A stretch of 64,000 nucleotides of DNA from Dicyema japonicum (taxonomy: Eukaryota; Animalia; Dicyemida). The stretch lies in contig RDEW01000007.1 in assembly GCA_011109175.1 (NCBI GenBank), forward strand, positions 29,424 through 93,423, written 5' to 3'. Positions 1-12,237 of the stretch are shown here, one piece after another. The position numbers and the translations under genes are program-made. How positions within the stretch are numbered: position 1 is the first letter of the stretch; every line of letters starts with the position of its first letter. The notes beneath the pieces were generated by a model, which searched no databases, had not been told where the DNA came from, and was given only the letters and a program-made list of their open reading frames with translations.

Positions 1-3000
1 TAAAGTGGATGATTACTCCAATATTGTGTGGTAGTCATATTTAGTCTATTATAGCCCATTTGCAAGACTTTTCTCCACTACTGATTCCTTTGATGATAGA
101 AGAACTTTGGTCGAAATCACCCGAATATTGATTTGGCGGCATTTTTAGGCAATGTCTGGTGGATACGAGGAGGCGGAGCTGTTGCATTCGATAATAGAAG
201 ATGTAACTATGTCATAAGACTTTAGATTAACACTCCCTCACAGCATAGCATAAATGACCCCAATTATTATTCGATTGATAGAGGATTTGTTGCTTTTAGG
301 GAGCTGTCCACATCACATAGACTTGGATTACTTGGTATCTATTTGTTACTACACAACTGCAATTATTTGGTCAAAAAGGTAGACTTTGGTCCTCAAATTG
401 TCAGTTTGATGGCAGGGGTGTGAGAAATATGGCTTATTCTGCGGTAGATCAATTAGTTAAGTATTTTAGGAGTGGAATTGTCCCCACCGATTTCGTCACC
501 TTCACTCTGGATGAGTTTGATGATCTCATTTTCAAATCTGTGACTCATGTAGATTTGGTTAATCACTTCAGAATTCTCGGGATTTTTTCATTGATGTCCC
601 TAGAATACTGGTGGTCAACTTTGGGGACGAAAGATACTTCAGTTTTAGAGATCTACTCGATGATGACTTTACCTATGGAAGAGACTTCTTCTTCAATGTA
701 ACATATATGCAGGTTGCTGACGACTTACTTGCAGGTCAGCCGAAGATGCAAGGCCTTGTCCAATTTTGTGAGGGTTCTGAGCGAGGTAAGGGTACCATCT
801 GAGTATTTCGTTCGTTTCTTTCTCCCCCTCTTTGAGTCCTTCTTTGTCGTTAATGGAGGTTTCAATAAAAATTAGACTCTGACTTCTTCGACATTGGCTT
901 CATACATCGACTGGACATTTTCTGCCATTGGGGCGGTCTGTAGACAACTCAATTGGGAGGAGTGGAATTATGTGTTTGAGCGTTACCTTGCCATGATTTC
1001 TTCTAATACCATGACTGATGGACAGGAGTGGGCTGTAAAGTTGGAGGTTGTTGTGATTGTAGGGATATTGGAGTCGTGGTGGATTCGTTTCACTTTGGCT
1101 TGCATGGAATTGATGATTTGCGAACATATACCCCTTCCAATGTTGTTTTGGATGGGGACGACGAGGGTGACCAAGAATTGGTCTTTAACTTTAAGGCCAT
1201 GATCGGGGGAGGCGATTGGACTGTTGTGGTGAGCTCTGAGTAATCGAGCATAATTTACAAGACACTAATGTCACATTTGGAGATTATGTACAATCTGATG
1301 AACAATGTATCTTTTCCTGTCATTTCTAGACGAGAGTTACTAAAAGAGTCATTCATAAATTTAGTGAGGTCGCCAAACTGAGACTTGGAGTCATTCCACT
1401 CGCTCTTGTTATGACAAAGCTGCTTTTGCTGTTTTCTGCTGCACTACAAATGAATTTGGTCAGAATAATGCTCAGTTTGACTCAATTACTGATTTCTCAT
1501 AATTATTCAGTCAGGAGGATAACACGTAGGACTCTTATAGACCTAACATCCTTTGTTGGGTCATCAAAACTGTTGTTTGTATTGGAGACACTGAGGAGTC
1601 AACTTTCGACGGGATTTTAGGTGTCGCGTGTTTGCATGTAGATTTTTATTTTGAGTCACACCGTACATGGAATATTGGAGAAGATTGGTTTAGAGGAGAC
1701 AGTTCTACTAAATGAGGAGTGTACTAAAATTGTGCCAGAGGTAGTGGTGGGTCTTGATGGTAAATCTTTATTGAAGATTCGTTTGGAAAGGTTTCTGAGT
1801 CTAAGAAGGTGGATGCAATCATCGGCAAGACTCCCGAAGCCAAAAAGTCGGGACTTTTGGAAGTTTTCACTTTGATGTGCCGCTTTGTTGGCTCTTCCAC
1901 ACTCTCTACGTTGATTGAACCCATTAGAGAACTGATGACTGGGATCAAACTCACGAAACGTAGTGTAGTTAACAAAGTTGGGGAACTGCTTAGTCGAATT
2001 GCTGCCACACTCGTAAATAATGACAGATTCACAGTGGAGAATCTGTTTTTTGAAGTTTATAAAATATTCACAGATGAAGCTGCACATGATGTGTTCAAGG
2101 AATGCGGACTTTTGGTATTACTGTCTATATTACTGTAGTTGCTGTATCTGCTTGTAAAACGGGGGAGGATGAGTAGAGAGGACATCAGTCATAGAGAATT
2201 GTTGGATCCATTGCTGCCTTTTATCAGCAATTTCACGATGAGCTCTAATTTTAAGGTGGAGATGGTGGTTGAGTGTTAGATTGTTGAACTGTCGATTAAA
2301 TGCCTGACTGAACTACTTTACTTTGATCTTCCATCATTCCCCGAATTCGCTGTCAAACTGTTTGGGCGGCTGTTTTGCCTAATAAAGGCTTATTCGAAGG
2401 GTACGAGCTCTGTGTCAAATAAGAGTCTGGTAATCTCGTGTTTCAAGGTTTTTTTGGATTTTATATCCAAGTCCATTACTGTTTTGATTGGCTACATTTA
2501 TGTGAAGGATGCCGAGGATACCCCTGATCTGCAAGTCGAGGTGCTCCTCAAATACGCTGGGAGAGACATTTCAGACGAACATAAACAGGCGGCAGCATTT
2601 GGCCTGATCAAAGTAGTCTGATGATGTAGTTTATAGAAAATAATTGAAGTGTGTCCAACTTCAAAGGAGTTGAAGACAGTGATGAATTCAGTTGAGGAGA
2701 GATGTGTAGTTGCTGCATTTGATCATATTTCAGTGCAGAGTAGAGCTGTATGGGGTGTGATTATTTGGTAGACAATTCATGTGTACATCAACAAGCACAA
2801 GATTATGAGAGGAGGTCATAAAGTGATAGGACAGATTATTAAGCGGTTTATTCAGCGATTACTAGACCCATTGATATCAGAACGGGGGAAGATATCCATC
2901 ATAGAACTGATGACTTTGATTGTATCCGATGATCCTTTGAAGGTTGTTTGATCAAAGATATTGTAGTCGATCATGGATAAATACGCATCAATGTTGTTTG

Positions 3001-4250
3001 TGACCATATCGTCCCTTTTCCATAACGATCCCGCAGAGAAGGTGAGGGAGTTGTCGTATCTGTTTATATCAGTGTTGATCCAACAGGTAAGCTGTGTGTA
3101 GCATTGCAGGTGGACGATAAAATGTGGAATGAGCTTTTGGGACACGTGAAATACTGGTTTAAGGGAGATCAGAATGGTGTCGTTGAACTGGCTCTTAAAA
3201 TATCTGTCCTTTTCTTTCCAATGAAGGAAGACGGACGGAAACGGGGGTTACAAGCTTTTAAGGATATTGATGACCATGTGATTCAGATTGTGGGGGGTTA
3301 CTCGGACTCGGAGTTTCACTCTGACAGTTTTCTATTCTCTATGTTTGGCTACCTGCTGAATCGCGGAAAATACGTGAAAAATGTGTCTCCCAGTGACTGT
3401 GATGTGCTAACATGGAGCAATTGTGGAGTTTTATTTGTAGAGTTTTCTGTCCCCCATTTGTCCTACCCTCACTCTTGGATACGGCAAATGTGTACCAAGC
3501 TCATATTATCGATTCTGTCATGTGCTGAGTCCTTGAGTTTATGGATGGTCATCTTTGGGGACGATTGGGACTCTGTTGAGGGGTTGGTTGAGCGTGTGGT
3601 ATCATTATTCGACACGTGTGATATGACTGAGGAGTTTGCTAGCAATGTATCGACTGTTGTGATTTCTAGATAACATGTGTTCTTCGTTTTATATGCAAGA
3701 TGGGGATATCTTTGGGGGATCCTCGTGACGTTGTCCTCAAGATGTTGGATTTGTTGAAGAAGGCTGTTGTGAATTCACTTGAGAGCAAAGAATTTGTGTT
3801 GGTTAGTGATATTTGGTTATTGTGGCAGAGAAGGGCAATGTATACGCTGCTGGGGGAGCTTTCTGTAGACCTGAGTGAGTCTAAGAACTTTGATGTGCTG
3901 TTTTTGACGATTATGAAGATTCTGTGTAGAGAAGTGAACGACAAGTCGTCAGGTACTTATTTGGGTTATTTTTAGATTCTGATACACAGCACGTGGTATC
4001 GAAGATATTCGGTGATGTCCAGACCAGCCTGGGAGTGGATTATTTTAATCGAATGTTTGGAGAGGCTAATAAAGAAGTGGTGGAGAAGAAGCATAAGAAG
4101 CGACAAGAGAGAATATTGTCGAATTATAATAATCCAGTTTTGTCCAATGAAAGGAAACTCAAGCAAAGAATTCGATATAATGATGCTAAGAAACGAAAAT
4201 ATGTCAAAAATAAGCTGGGTGAGGCGATTTCATTGCCTAAGAGACTGTAA
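1..4250 (+). CDS. UTP20: Small-subunit processome component UTP20, 3' part (5' end outside window), about 21 introns of 21-27 nt
   Basis: Manual splicing gives UTP20-like motifs: NDPNYYSIDRGF, RDFFFNVTYMQVSRRCKAL, IGAVCRQLNW, VIPLALVMTKLL, LSTGF*IFILSHTVH, EIFIEDSFGKVSE, basic C-terminus ERKLKQRIRYNDAKKRK; stop TAA 4248-4250. GT-AG introns e.g. 31-54, 203-225, 379-404, 713-734, 849-875, 1040-1062, 1307-1329, 1621-1641, 2115-2138, 2256-2279, 2613-2636, 2748-2771, 2943-2966, 3087-3109, 3647-3669, 3953-3975. Confidence 0.9.
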
Positions 4251-4399
4251 AATTGATTTTGAATAAATTTATTTTTACGTTTAAAAAATTTAATTTGCGA
4301 CTACTTGGTCGGCGTCTCGATAGCGAGGAGCACGGCACAAGCTGAACCTTAAGTATTCAAATGCTTATGGATAAGCAGGAGAGCATTTAACTAACTAAA

Positions 4400-4665
4400 G
4401 GCCGTTGACACAATCACCTGGAGTTGCGGCAAACATGGTGGAGTATGGGAAAATCCAGAAATATAATTCCCTTAAAGTAAACTATTATTTCGTACTAATA
4501 GCAATGGAAACTTCTGGGGCCATGAGAAAGATGACGGGCGCCTTTCTCTCTAAGATCGGACGAAATGTCGCGACCAAGAAAACTTTTCGAGATGCTCAAA
4601 ATATTAGTGACCAGAGGAATCGATCCTGTCCTCTTAGTAAAATAACTTTAATGTTTTTAAAATAA
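4400..4665 (+). mobile_element. CRE-clade retrotransposon 3' fragment (RLE domain end)
   Basis: KIQKY..YFVLIAMETSGA..FLSKIG matches the C-terminus of the CRE copies at 31166 and 63480. Confidence 0.65.
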
Positions 4666-4899
4666 ACGTGTTTTATTGTTAAAAAATAAGCTGATAAACT
4701 GCATCTATCTAATGCTTTCGTGATTTGAGAAAGTGTCGATCACAAACAAGAATCTGTAATTAAAAATCATTCATTCAGTTACCCATGAATTATTTTCGCT
4801 TTTTTCAGCATCTAGAGGTTTTCTGGAAAGGATAAGTGTAATCGCGGGATTAGTAGCCATTAGCTTATTCGACTAACAGTGGCACACTTATTAACAATT

Positions 4900-5730
4900 T
4901 TGCCGACCTCAAATCTCGAAATTCCGTAAATTTTACTTCTTAGTAGACTGTATAATCGATCGCGTCCGAAATGCATACATTGATGTTCATATTAACATCA
5001 TGAAAAATACTACCTCGATTATTTTCACTTTCTTTTTTTAGATTTTTTCTCACACGATTTAAGTCTTTGTTTAGGGCTGTCGTAAGTGTCGATCTAGGTC
5101 GTCCGCGGAAGGGTTTTTCGCATCTGTCAAAGTAATCTTCCATCGCTTTGTTAGCGGGTGGGTCCGGGTTCATTCTTAGTACATGCCCGAATAGCCTCCA
5201 CCGGGCGTCTATCACATCCTTGATGATGTAAGAACACATACACTTGTTGTAGATACCAGTGGTTGATGTTCTACGTGGCCACTCCATTCCGAGTAAGTTT
5301 CTTGGTTGCCTTCTATGGAACGAATCCAGTTTCAATAGTTCGTTGAATGAACTTCCCCATGTCCCAGGGTTGTACAGTAGGATCGGTTTCACAAACGCGT
5401 TGTAAAGCCTGCATCTGATGTCAATTCCAAGTCCTTTGGCCCTTAGCCATCCTTTCTTCAGTTTAGCCATTGCCGCATTTGCCAGTGTTTTCCTCCTTAG
5501 TACATCTTCAGCGTCTCCTAGTAGAGAGCAGAGCTTATTAGTACGTCTCCATCTTTCATGAGTAATATCGTCTTTTCTTTTGATTTCAGTAATTTCAGTT
5601 TTGTTAACATTTACGCTGAGAAACCATTTCTCAAGCTCCGCAGGTGTTGGAGTGCGGTCACATCCCGTGATACAAAATCCACATCAAGAGCTTATCCATT
5701 TCAGAATTGCAAAACTCCTTTCCGTTATCA
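4900..5730 (-). mobile_element. RTE-like LINE, 5'-truncated RT C-terminal part
   Basis: ORF 4940-5470: RCRLYNAFVKPILLYN..LDSFHRRQ..RWRLFGHVLRM..RGRPRSTL; same family as 8160-9830 and 48960-49400. Confidence 0.85.
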
Positions 5731-6549
5731 AACATTGAAAACTAATAAAATTAATTTATCTCGTGTGATTAATTATTTTTTAAAATAGAATATTTTTTTG
5801 TTTTTTATAACAAATCTAATAAATTTCCCCTATTTATTTTGTGTAATTATTTTTGGAAATAAGCTAGACATTCCTTCAACGGCGGATTCCTCCGACGGAC
5901 GGTGACATTTATTAAACAAGATAAATCATTAGATTGATATTTTTTTTACATATTATTTCCGTTTTTTCGTAGTGAATGCACAATATCAGCTTAAGAACAT
6001 TTTCAGGAGTTTCTTGTTTGAAAACATGAAGAAGCAGCGTGAAAACAAGTTCCTTATCTTTCATGACTTTATACTCTAATTGTTCCACAAGTGTCTCTCT
6101 GTTATCTTCATCACTGCTGTGATCATCATAAAAGCTCTCTAAAAGTGCTTTTTCACAATATCCTGATTAATTGGTCTGTTTTCGTTATGTGTTTTATAGT
6201 CATAAAGTCCAACTTCAATGCCATTTCAAAGAAATTTCGTATTATGATTTACTCAAATTGACGTAGAGCAGCCTACATAAAAGATTTATTCCTTTTCAGG
6301 CCGACCTCCTATAGAAATGGCATATTTTTTCAAATAAATGCATATTATACCTGGAGAGTCACGTGTATAATTTTGCAATTTATTCGATGTTTTATTTGCA
6401 TTTCGACATTCGCACATCCCCCAAGGCATAAACTACATGGAAGAAACAACGGAATTGGAGACTACGTCACAATTAACCAGATAGATTATGAATCTGCCTA
6501 AGATCCCTGAAGGCACTGTTAACCGATTCTGGAGTGACCCCACCTAGTG

Positions 6550-7090
6550 TGATCAAAAACTGAGATTATTGATGACTATTAATAAACATGCTAACAAATG
6601 AAATCTCACCGCTTGATCCGTTTGAAATCTACAATGGACTCACTTTGGTTCACAGTAACTGAATAATATCTGGGCTGCTGAACAATACACATGGGGGATG
6701 ATTATATATGCTTCCGTGGAATTGGTTGTTCTTATCTTTTTTGAAGCTTGGAGATGGGATTTAGTCCCTTTGCACAAACCAGGAAGGAGCAAAGGACCAT
6801 TACGAAATCTGAGGGCGGTGATATTACTGAAAAATACTATCTTTGATTATCATCAACCCAATATCTCATAAAGTCGAGATTTTTTGTCTCCAGGGCAGAG
6901 GGGGTCTAAAGGGGGATGCTCTACTGCGGATGTTGTCTGGTCCTACAGGTGGATGTGTTCTCTGTGTCGACGATAAAAAAACTGAGTTCAAATGCCCGGG
7001 ACATGATATGTCTAGTGTCTTTGGCACAGTGATTTTTTACTCGGGAAGGCTGTGACTTGAAACGGTTATCTGCCACAACCCCAAATGAAT
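6550..7090 (+). mobile_element. Degenerate RTE-like RT fragment
   Basis: LVPLHKPGRSKGPLRNLRAVILL parallels LIPIQITNKNEGPLENLRPVILL of the 8520 ORF; many frameshifts. Confidence 0.55.
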
Positions 7091-7199
7091 TAAAAAAACT
7101 GGTTTTTGAAACTCAATCAAAATTACAAGAGAACCTGAGTATGGTGAAGAAGGTTGGAGAAGAAAAAGAAAATTATTTGAGGACATGATACACAGGGGG

Positions 7200-7325
7200 G
7201 TCATTTATTATTACTAATAGCAATGTCCGCGGAACCGGTTAACTATTTTGATATTCCACTTTTGCCATGCATCTCTGGATACGCCTGTGAGTCGTTTCCA
7301 TCTTTCCCTGTTTATCGCATCTTCC
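7200..7325 (-). repeat. Short dispersed repeat, probable LINE 3' end with (AAT)n tail; second copy at 27490-27625 (+)
   Basis: Shared ATGTCCGCGGAACC..TTCCACTTTTGCCATGCATCTCTGGA..TGTGAGTCGTTTCC; both end in TATT(A/C)..AATAAT. Confidence 0.7.
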
Positions 7326-7627
7326 CCTCAGATCATCCAGATCCTCTACAGAGGGTCATAGCGGCAGTAATTCATAAGAAAGTGGAAACAAATTGGGAGA
7401 AAATCTTGAAAACGAATTTGAGAAGCTCTAACGGGAAGATTTTGGAGAATGGGTGAAAGATTCTTGAGAATTCCAATTTTTTTTGGATCCGTCTTGTCAT
7501 TTAATAACGAGATATTGACGAATGCTTGATCATAAACATTAACCTCAAAATCCTGTAATATAATTTTCAGTTTTGTGATCTCTTGAATGGACATATAGAG
7601 GTTTTCCATTTTAGAATAATCATTTTT

Positions 7628-7880
7628 ACAAACGGGAAAAGTACGCGCTCCTGTCCAAGGATTTTTTGTTTGTTCCACTCGCCGTTGAGACGTCTGGTTC
7701 CCTTGCGCCTGCGACGCTGGAATTCTTGAGTCGTCTAGGGAATTGGATGGCTACACGAAAAAGAGACCCTCGTGAGCGCTGCTGGTTAATTGAGCGAATC
7801 TCGTTTGCTATCATGAGAGGGAATAGCCACGCAGTCAGGGCAGCTTATATAACCGTTACTCTATTTTTAATTGTAAAAAA
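7628..7880 (+). mobile_element. CRE-clade 3' end
   Basis: FVPLAVETSGS..LGNWM..RERCWLIERISFAIMRGNSHAV; near-identical to 25880-26100. Confidence 0.85.
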
Positions 7881-8159
7881 ATTATCTAACATTGAAAACT
7901 AATAAATTTTAATTGTAAACTTTTAAAATTTGAGATATGAATATCCTAACTCGATTTAGGAAAAAAACCAGAACAGAATTCGAAAGACAACCCTAACAAA
8001 ACCCTAATTTTAGAAAGCTAATTTGATACTGTTCTCTCTATGCGTCCTTCGGCCGCGGTGTATTTGACTCTGATTTTTTGATTAATACGATCTTTAATAC
8101 TTTTTTATTACAATTTCTAGTTTTAAGCTTTTCATAGAAGAAATAGCTTCCTGTATAGA

Positions 8160-9830
8160 AAAGGTAAACAAAGTGAAAGACAACGCAAAGGTGTACGTCG
8201 CTGCCCGTTTGCTGAGGCGAACAAACCAAAGTCGACTAACAATAAAAGACGAGAACGGTAAGCTGATACTGAACACCAAAGAACAAACTGAAGCCATTGC
8301 GGCTCACTTTGAAAAGCTTTTCAACATCAAAACTATAGAAATTCACCCATTTGATGGAAGGCCAAGACCCCTGGAGATACCAATCACGGCCGAGGAAATC
8401 AAAACGGCCTGCCGAAAACTCAAGAATAACAGAAGCCCGGACCAGATGCGATAAACCCAGAATTACTGAAATACGGCCCTGACCTCCTTTTTGAAAAAAT
8501 CGCTACACTACTAAATGAAATGTTTTCAACTAACTCAACTCTACCTCTGGGTACGGGACTATTAATTCCCATACAAATAACCAACAAAAACGAAGGACCG
8601 CTCGAAAATTTGCGACCCGTCATACTACTAAATTCATTACGCAAAGTCTTGGCAAATATTTTGCTTGAACGAATAAAAGGATCTGCTTACAAATACCTAC
8701 CAGATAGTCAAAGTGGTTTTCGAGAAGGGAGATCCACAGCTGATGCGGTCTGGAGTCACATATGGAGGTGTGCAACATATCAAAGATACCATAACGCCAC
8801 CAATATTCTGGGAATTGACATATCAAGAGCTTTTGATACGGTTAACAGGAACAAATTAATGGGGGTACTGAGCGGATTTCTTGATGAGTCGAATCTAAAG
8901 ATGACCCGAATTCTACTTTCTAACACTGAGCTCCTTGTGAGAGTCGGAAAGACCTATTCAAGAAAATTTGAAACAAACACGGGCACTCCACAAGGAGACT
9001 CTCTTTCTCCTCTACTATTCACAATTTATTTGGACGCCGAATGAGGGAACTTAGACCGTTATACTAAGGAAAAACGGCAAAGAACCGTAATTTTAGATCA
9101 TCCTTCAGTAAAAATGCTATACCTTCTTCAAAATCAAATTTTTTCAATAGTTCTTTTAATCGAAATCGTTGTTTCCTGTCTAATGAATTTTCAGATATTA
9201 ATGAATTTTGAAATTTCTCAATTTTTTCAAGTTGTTCACTAGTCAATTCCAACAAACGCATTGGACCCGTGTAAATAAAAAATAATTAAAAATATAAGAT
9301 TATAATAAAATTTATATAAAAATATATCTCTACAATTGGATAATATTTATTTTTATAATTTATTTTGCAATTTATGCAACCTGTGATGTTATACGACACC
9401 TTTATCAAACCAATCCTCATATACACCTCTGGGACCTGGGGCACCTCAAAAGAGGAATTAGAGAGGCTAGACTCGTTTCACAGGAATCATCTAAGAAACA
9501 TAACTGTAATGTCCTGGCCATACAAGATCTCGCGGAAAGGACTGTACAATAAGTGTGACTATACACCAATAAGTCTCGAGATTATTAGCTCTCGTTGGAG
9601 ATTTTTTAGACACGTCCTGAGGTTGGACCCGATATCCCTCCCAAATAATGCAGTAGAAGATTACTACTCCTACTCCAATGTAAAACGCTTTCGTTGAAGA
9701 CCGAGAACAACCCTCCCGGTCGTTTTACAAATCGATCTGAAAGCCGTGAAGAAAACATTGGCATCTGGTGACGATCTGGGCACACTGAAGGACCTGGCTA
9801 AGAACAAAAGACCTTGGAGCAAGCTAACTA
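8160..9830 (+). mobile_element. RTE-like LINE RT (degenerate; interrupted at about 9060-9380 by AT-rich insert)
   Basis: QSGFREGRSTAD, IDISRAFDTV, GTPQGDSLSPLLF; resumes with LDSFHRNHLR..SRWRFFRHVLRL. Confidence 0.88.
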
Positions 9831-10149
9831 ATTCTCTTACATTTTTTGTTCCACATGCGGTATTATATGGCTCTTGTGAAAGTGCTAATAATATGCAATT
9901 TATGTACCGTGTCCATTAATGTGCCGGTCACATTAAAATATTTAGAAAATTAACAATAAATAAAATTTCATACATAGAAAAGATGTATTTTTACTAAAAT
10001 AAAAATATAATAATAAATAAAATAGACATGTAGCGTCTAGCGCATAGTCATCAACAGCGCATGTGACATATTATCCAAAAACAAACTCGTTACTAATTAA
10101 AAAAGATAAGATAGAGAAGCCAAAAAAAGCGAAGTGAGTTTTTAGTCTG

Positions 10150-10665
10150 AGGAGGTCGACTATAATGGGACACCAGATGTTCTTTTCTTGAAAATATTGA
10201 CCCCTTGAGACTATTTGTTTAAGTGATGCAACAATTTTCGGTTTTTTCTATTACGACGCAGAATCATGGATACTGAAAAAGGCGGATAAACGAAAAATTG
10301 ATGCTTTTGAACTTTGGTAATGGAGTAGTTTACTAAGAATCCCTTGGACTTTCAAAATAACAAACACCGATGTACTCAAACAGGTGGAGACAGACATTTC
10401 GTTAGAAGGAAGAATCGTAAAACACAGATTGGGGTTCTTTGGACATGTTGTCCGCTCTGATTCCATGGAAAGGACATTATGCTGAGCAATATTACTGGGA
10501 AGATAAGACCTGGTCGACCGATGACTCGGTGGCTATCCACGGTAAAAGACGTCACGGGAATGCCTATATCAAGGCTACTCCAAATTGCGAGGATCGGGAG
10601 AGTGGAGAAAATTGGCTCATGAGATCTCCAAGGGTCGGACATGACTAAATTTGGATAACATAACA
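10150..10665 (+). mobile_element. RTE-1/BovB-like LINE 3' end
   Basis: ESWILKKADKRKIDAFELW..RIPWT..FFGHVVR..GRPMTRW; ends GGGTCGGACATGACT, like BovB-type 3' ends. Confidence 0.8.
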
Positions 10666-10749
10666 ATTTTTCGATAGATCGTTCAAATCCCTTTAACTTT
10701 GGGGATAATTTGATTTCAGATCCAATCCATACGCCAGTTTAATAGCATA

Positions 10750-12129
10750 CGTTCTGTTCAATTATTCTTGAATTTCAAATGTCCATCGTCCTTTCGTAGA
10801 ATATTGAAGTCATTGTTCCAGCGTTGGCACCGGGATGCCAATGTATATCAATTGAACTGTATCCATGAATATTAATGCTTCCAGGTATCTTCATTTTGGT
10901 CTCATTAATGATAAGCACATCCATCTGAACTGTGCTGATAAGAACAATCAGCTCTGCACCTGCTTTCGAAGAGAGTGGGCATTAACCATGGTAATCCTAA
11001 TTACATCTGATTTATTTAGTGCTTGTACTCTTCTTTTAGGAGAACCACCAGTCCAAGTAAAGACTTGGCGTCTTTTTTCGTTTTAATTATGTCTTTAATG
11101 GTCTTTTCAAGCTCATTCATTATATCAATTGACCAGTCCTTGAAATTGACAAGGTCTGCATAGCTGAATGAAATATTTTCGGTTCCTCCGTTTGCACTGC
11201 AATTTCGGCTGTCTTCCTAACTTCTTGAACGTTCCAGCCTGTCAAAGGTTTTAACACCAAATTTTTTTGTTTCAATTCGACTTCTCTCATTCTCTGAAAC
11301 TGCTTTCAACAGTTTTTTCGCCAAAAATTTCTCATTTTTCAGTTTTGAGGCTTCTTTTGTCTTCTGACAGCCCCCATAATTTGCTAAGTGTCTAGTAGAG
11401 CCGCAGTTGAAGAGTTAGAGTCCTTGCAATCCATGCTAGCATATGTGCCCGAACAAAATAGACATTTCTCCTGACTTTAACAAAAACGTGCTATGTGTCC
11501 GAAGCCTTGGCATCGATAGCACTGAACTTCCGGTTTTCTGTACCCTAGGGCTTACATTCGAAAAATCTTTACCCCAAATCGTACAAGCAATTGAGCTTCT
11601 CCATGGTCACACATCACCAATTTAATAATAGGCAATCTAACTCCTCTTCTCTCAACCATTAGGAAGTTTTCGAGTTCCTCTATTTCGATCCAAGTAGGCC
11701 TTCTCCATAAGGTTTGTTTTCTTCCAACTCATTTTGAAAGCTTTCCACGTCTTTTCAACTTTGAAATTCAGCAGAAACTCTCCTGATTGTCGGCGCGAAA
11801 CTCGTGTTTTTTTAATCGATTTTATATTACTTAACGTGTTGAATATCCTGATGGCTTACATCGAGGGATTAATAACTTTGAGAACAACAGTAGTGTTGCC
11901 TTCCAAATGTTTTTCTGAAAAAAAAGTTTCCTCCTTTTCTTTATTTTCTATCTGGACTTGTTTTGTATTTTTATCACTGTGATAAATAACGTTTTTCTAC
12001 ATTTCTAAATTGACTTGTCTTAATTGAACACGTGTTTAAAAACCATTTGAGACTTCAAGATGAACTAACCCTTCTTACCTTCAACACCAGATGACTTAAA
12101 GATTTGACGAAGAGACGCACTTTGTATTA
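10750..12129 (-). mobile_element. Degenerate LINE 5' part: ORF1 with three zinc knuckles plus start of APE endonuclease
   Basis: QCYRCQGFGHIARFC (CX2CX4HX4C) near 11490-11540, then CLFCSGTYASMDC and a third knuckle; IRITMVNAHSLRK and DVLIINETK APE motifs near 10900-11000. Confidence 0.7.
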
Positions 12130-12237
12130 GGACATTCAAAATATGGCGGATCGGTATGCTGCTTGCAGGAAACTAACATGTCAGACGGATTGTACGAGGG
12201 GGTCATAGTGTTTCATTATTTTGGTTACAGTCTAGTG

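Noticed and set aside
1-4250. Ciliate-type code (TAA and TAG = Gln)
   Set aside because: Most in-frame TAGs are acceptors of 3n introns, and UTP20, TAF7, DLIC and MED14 end naturally at TAA; DLIC readthrough would run into AT-rich junk.
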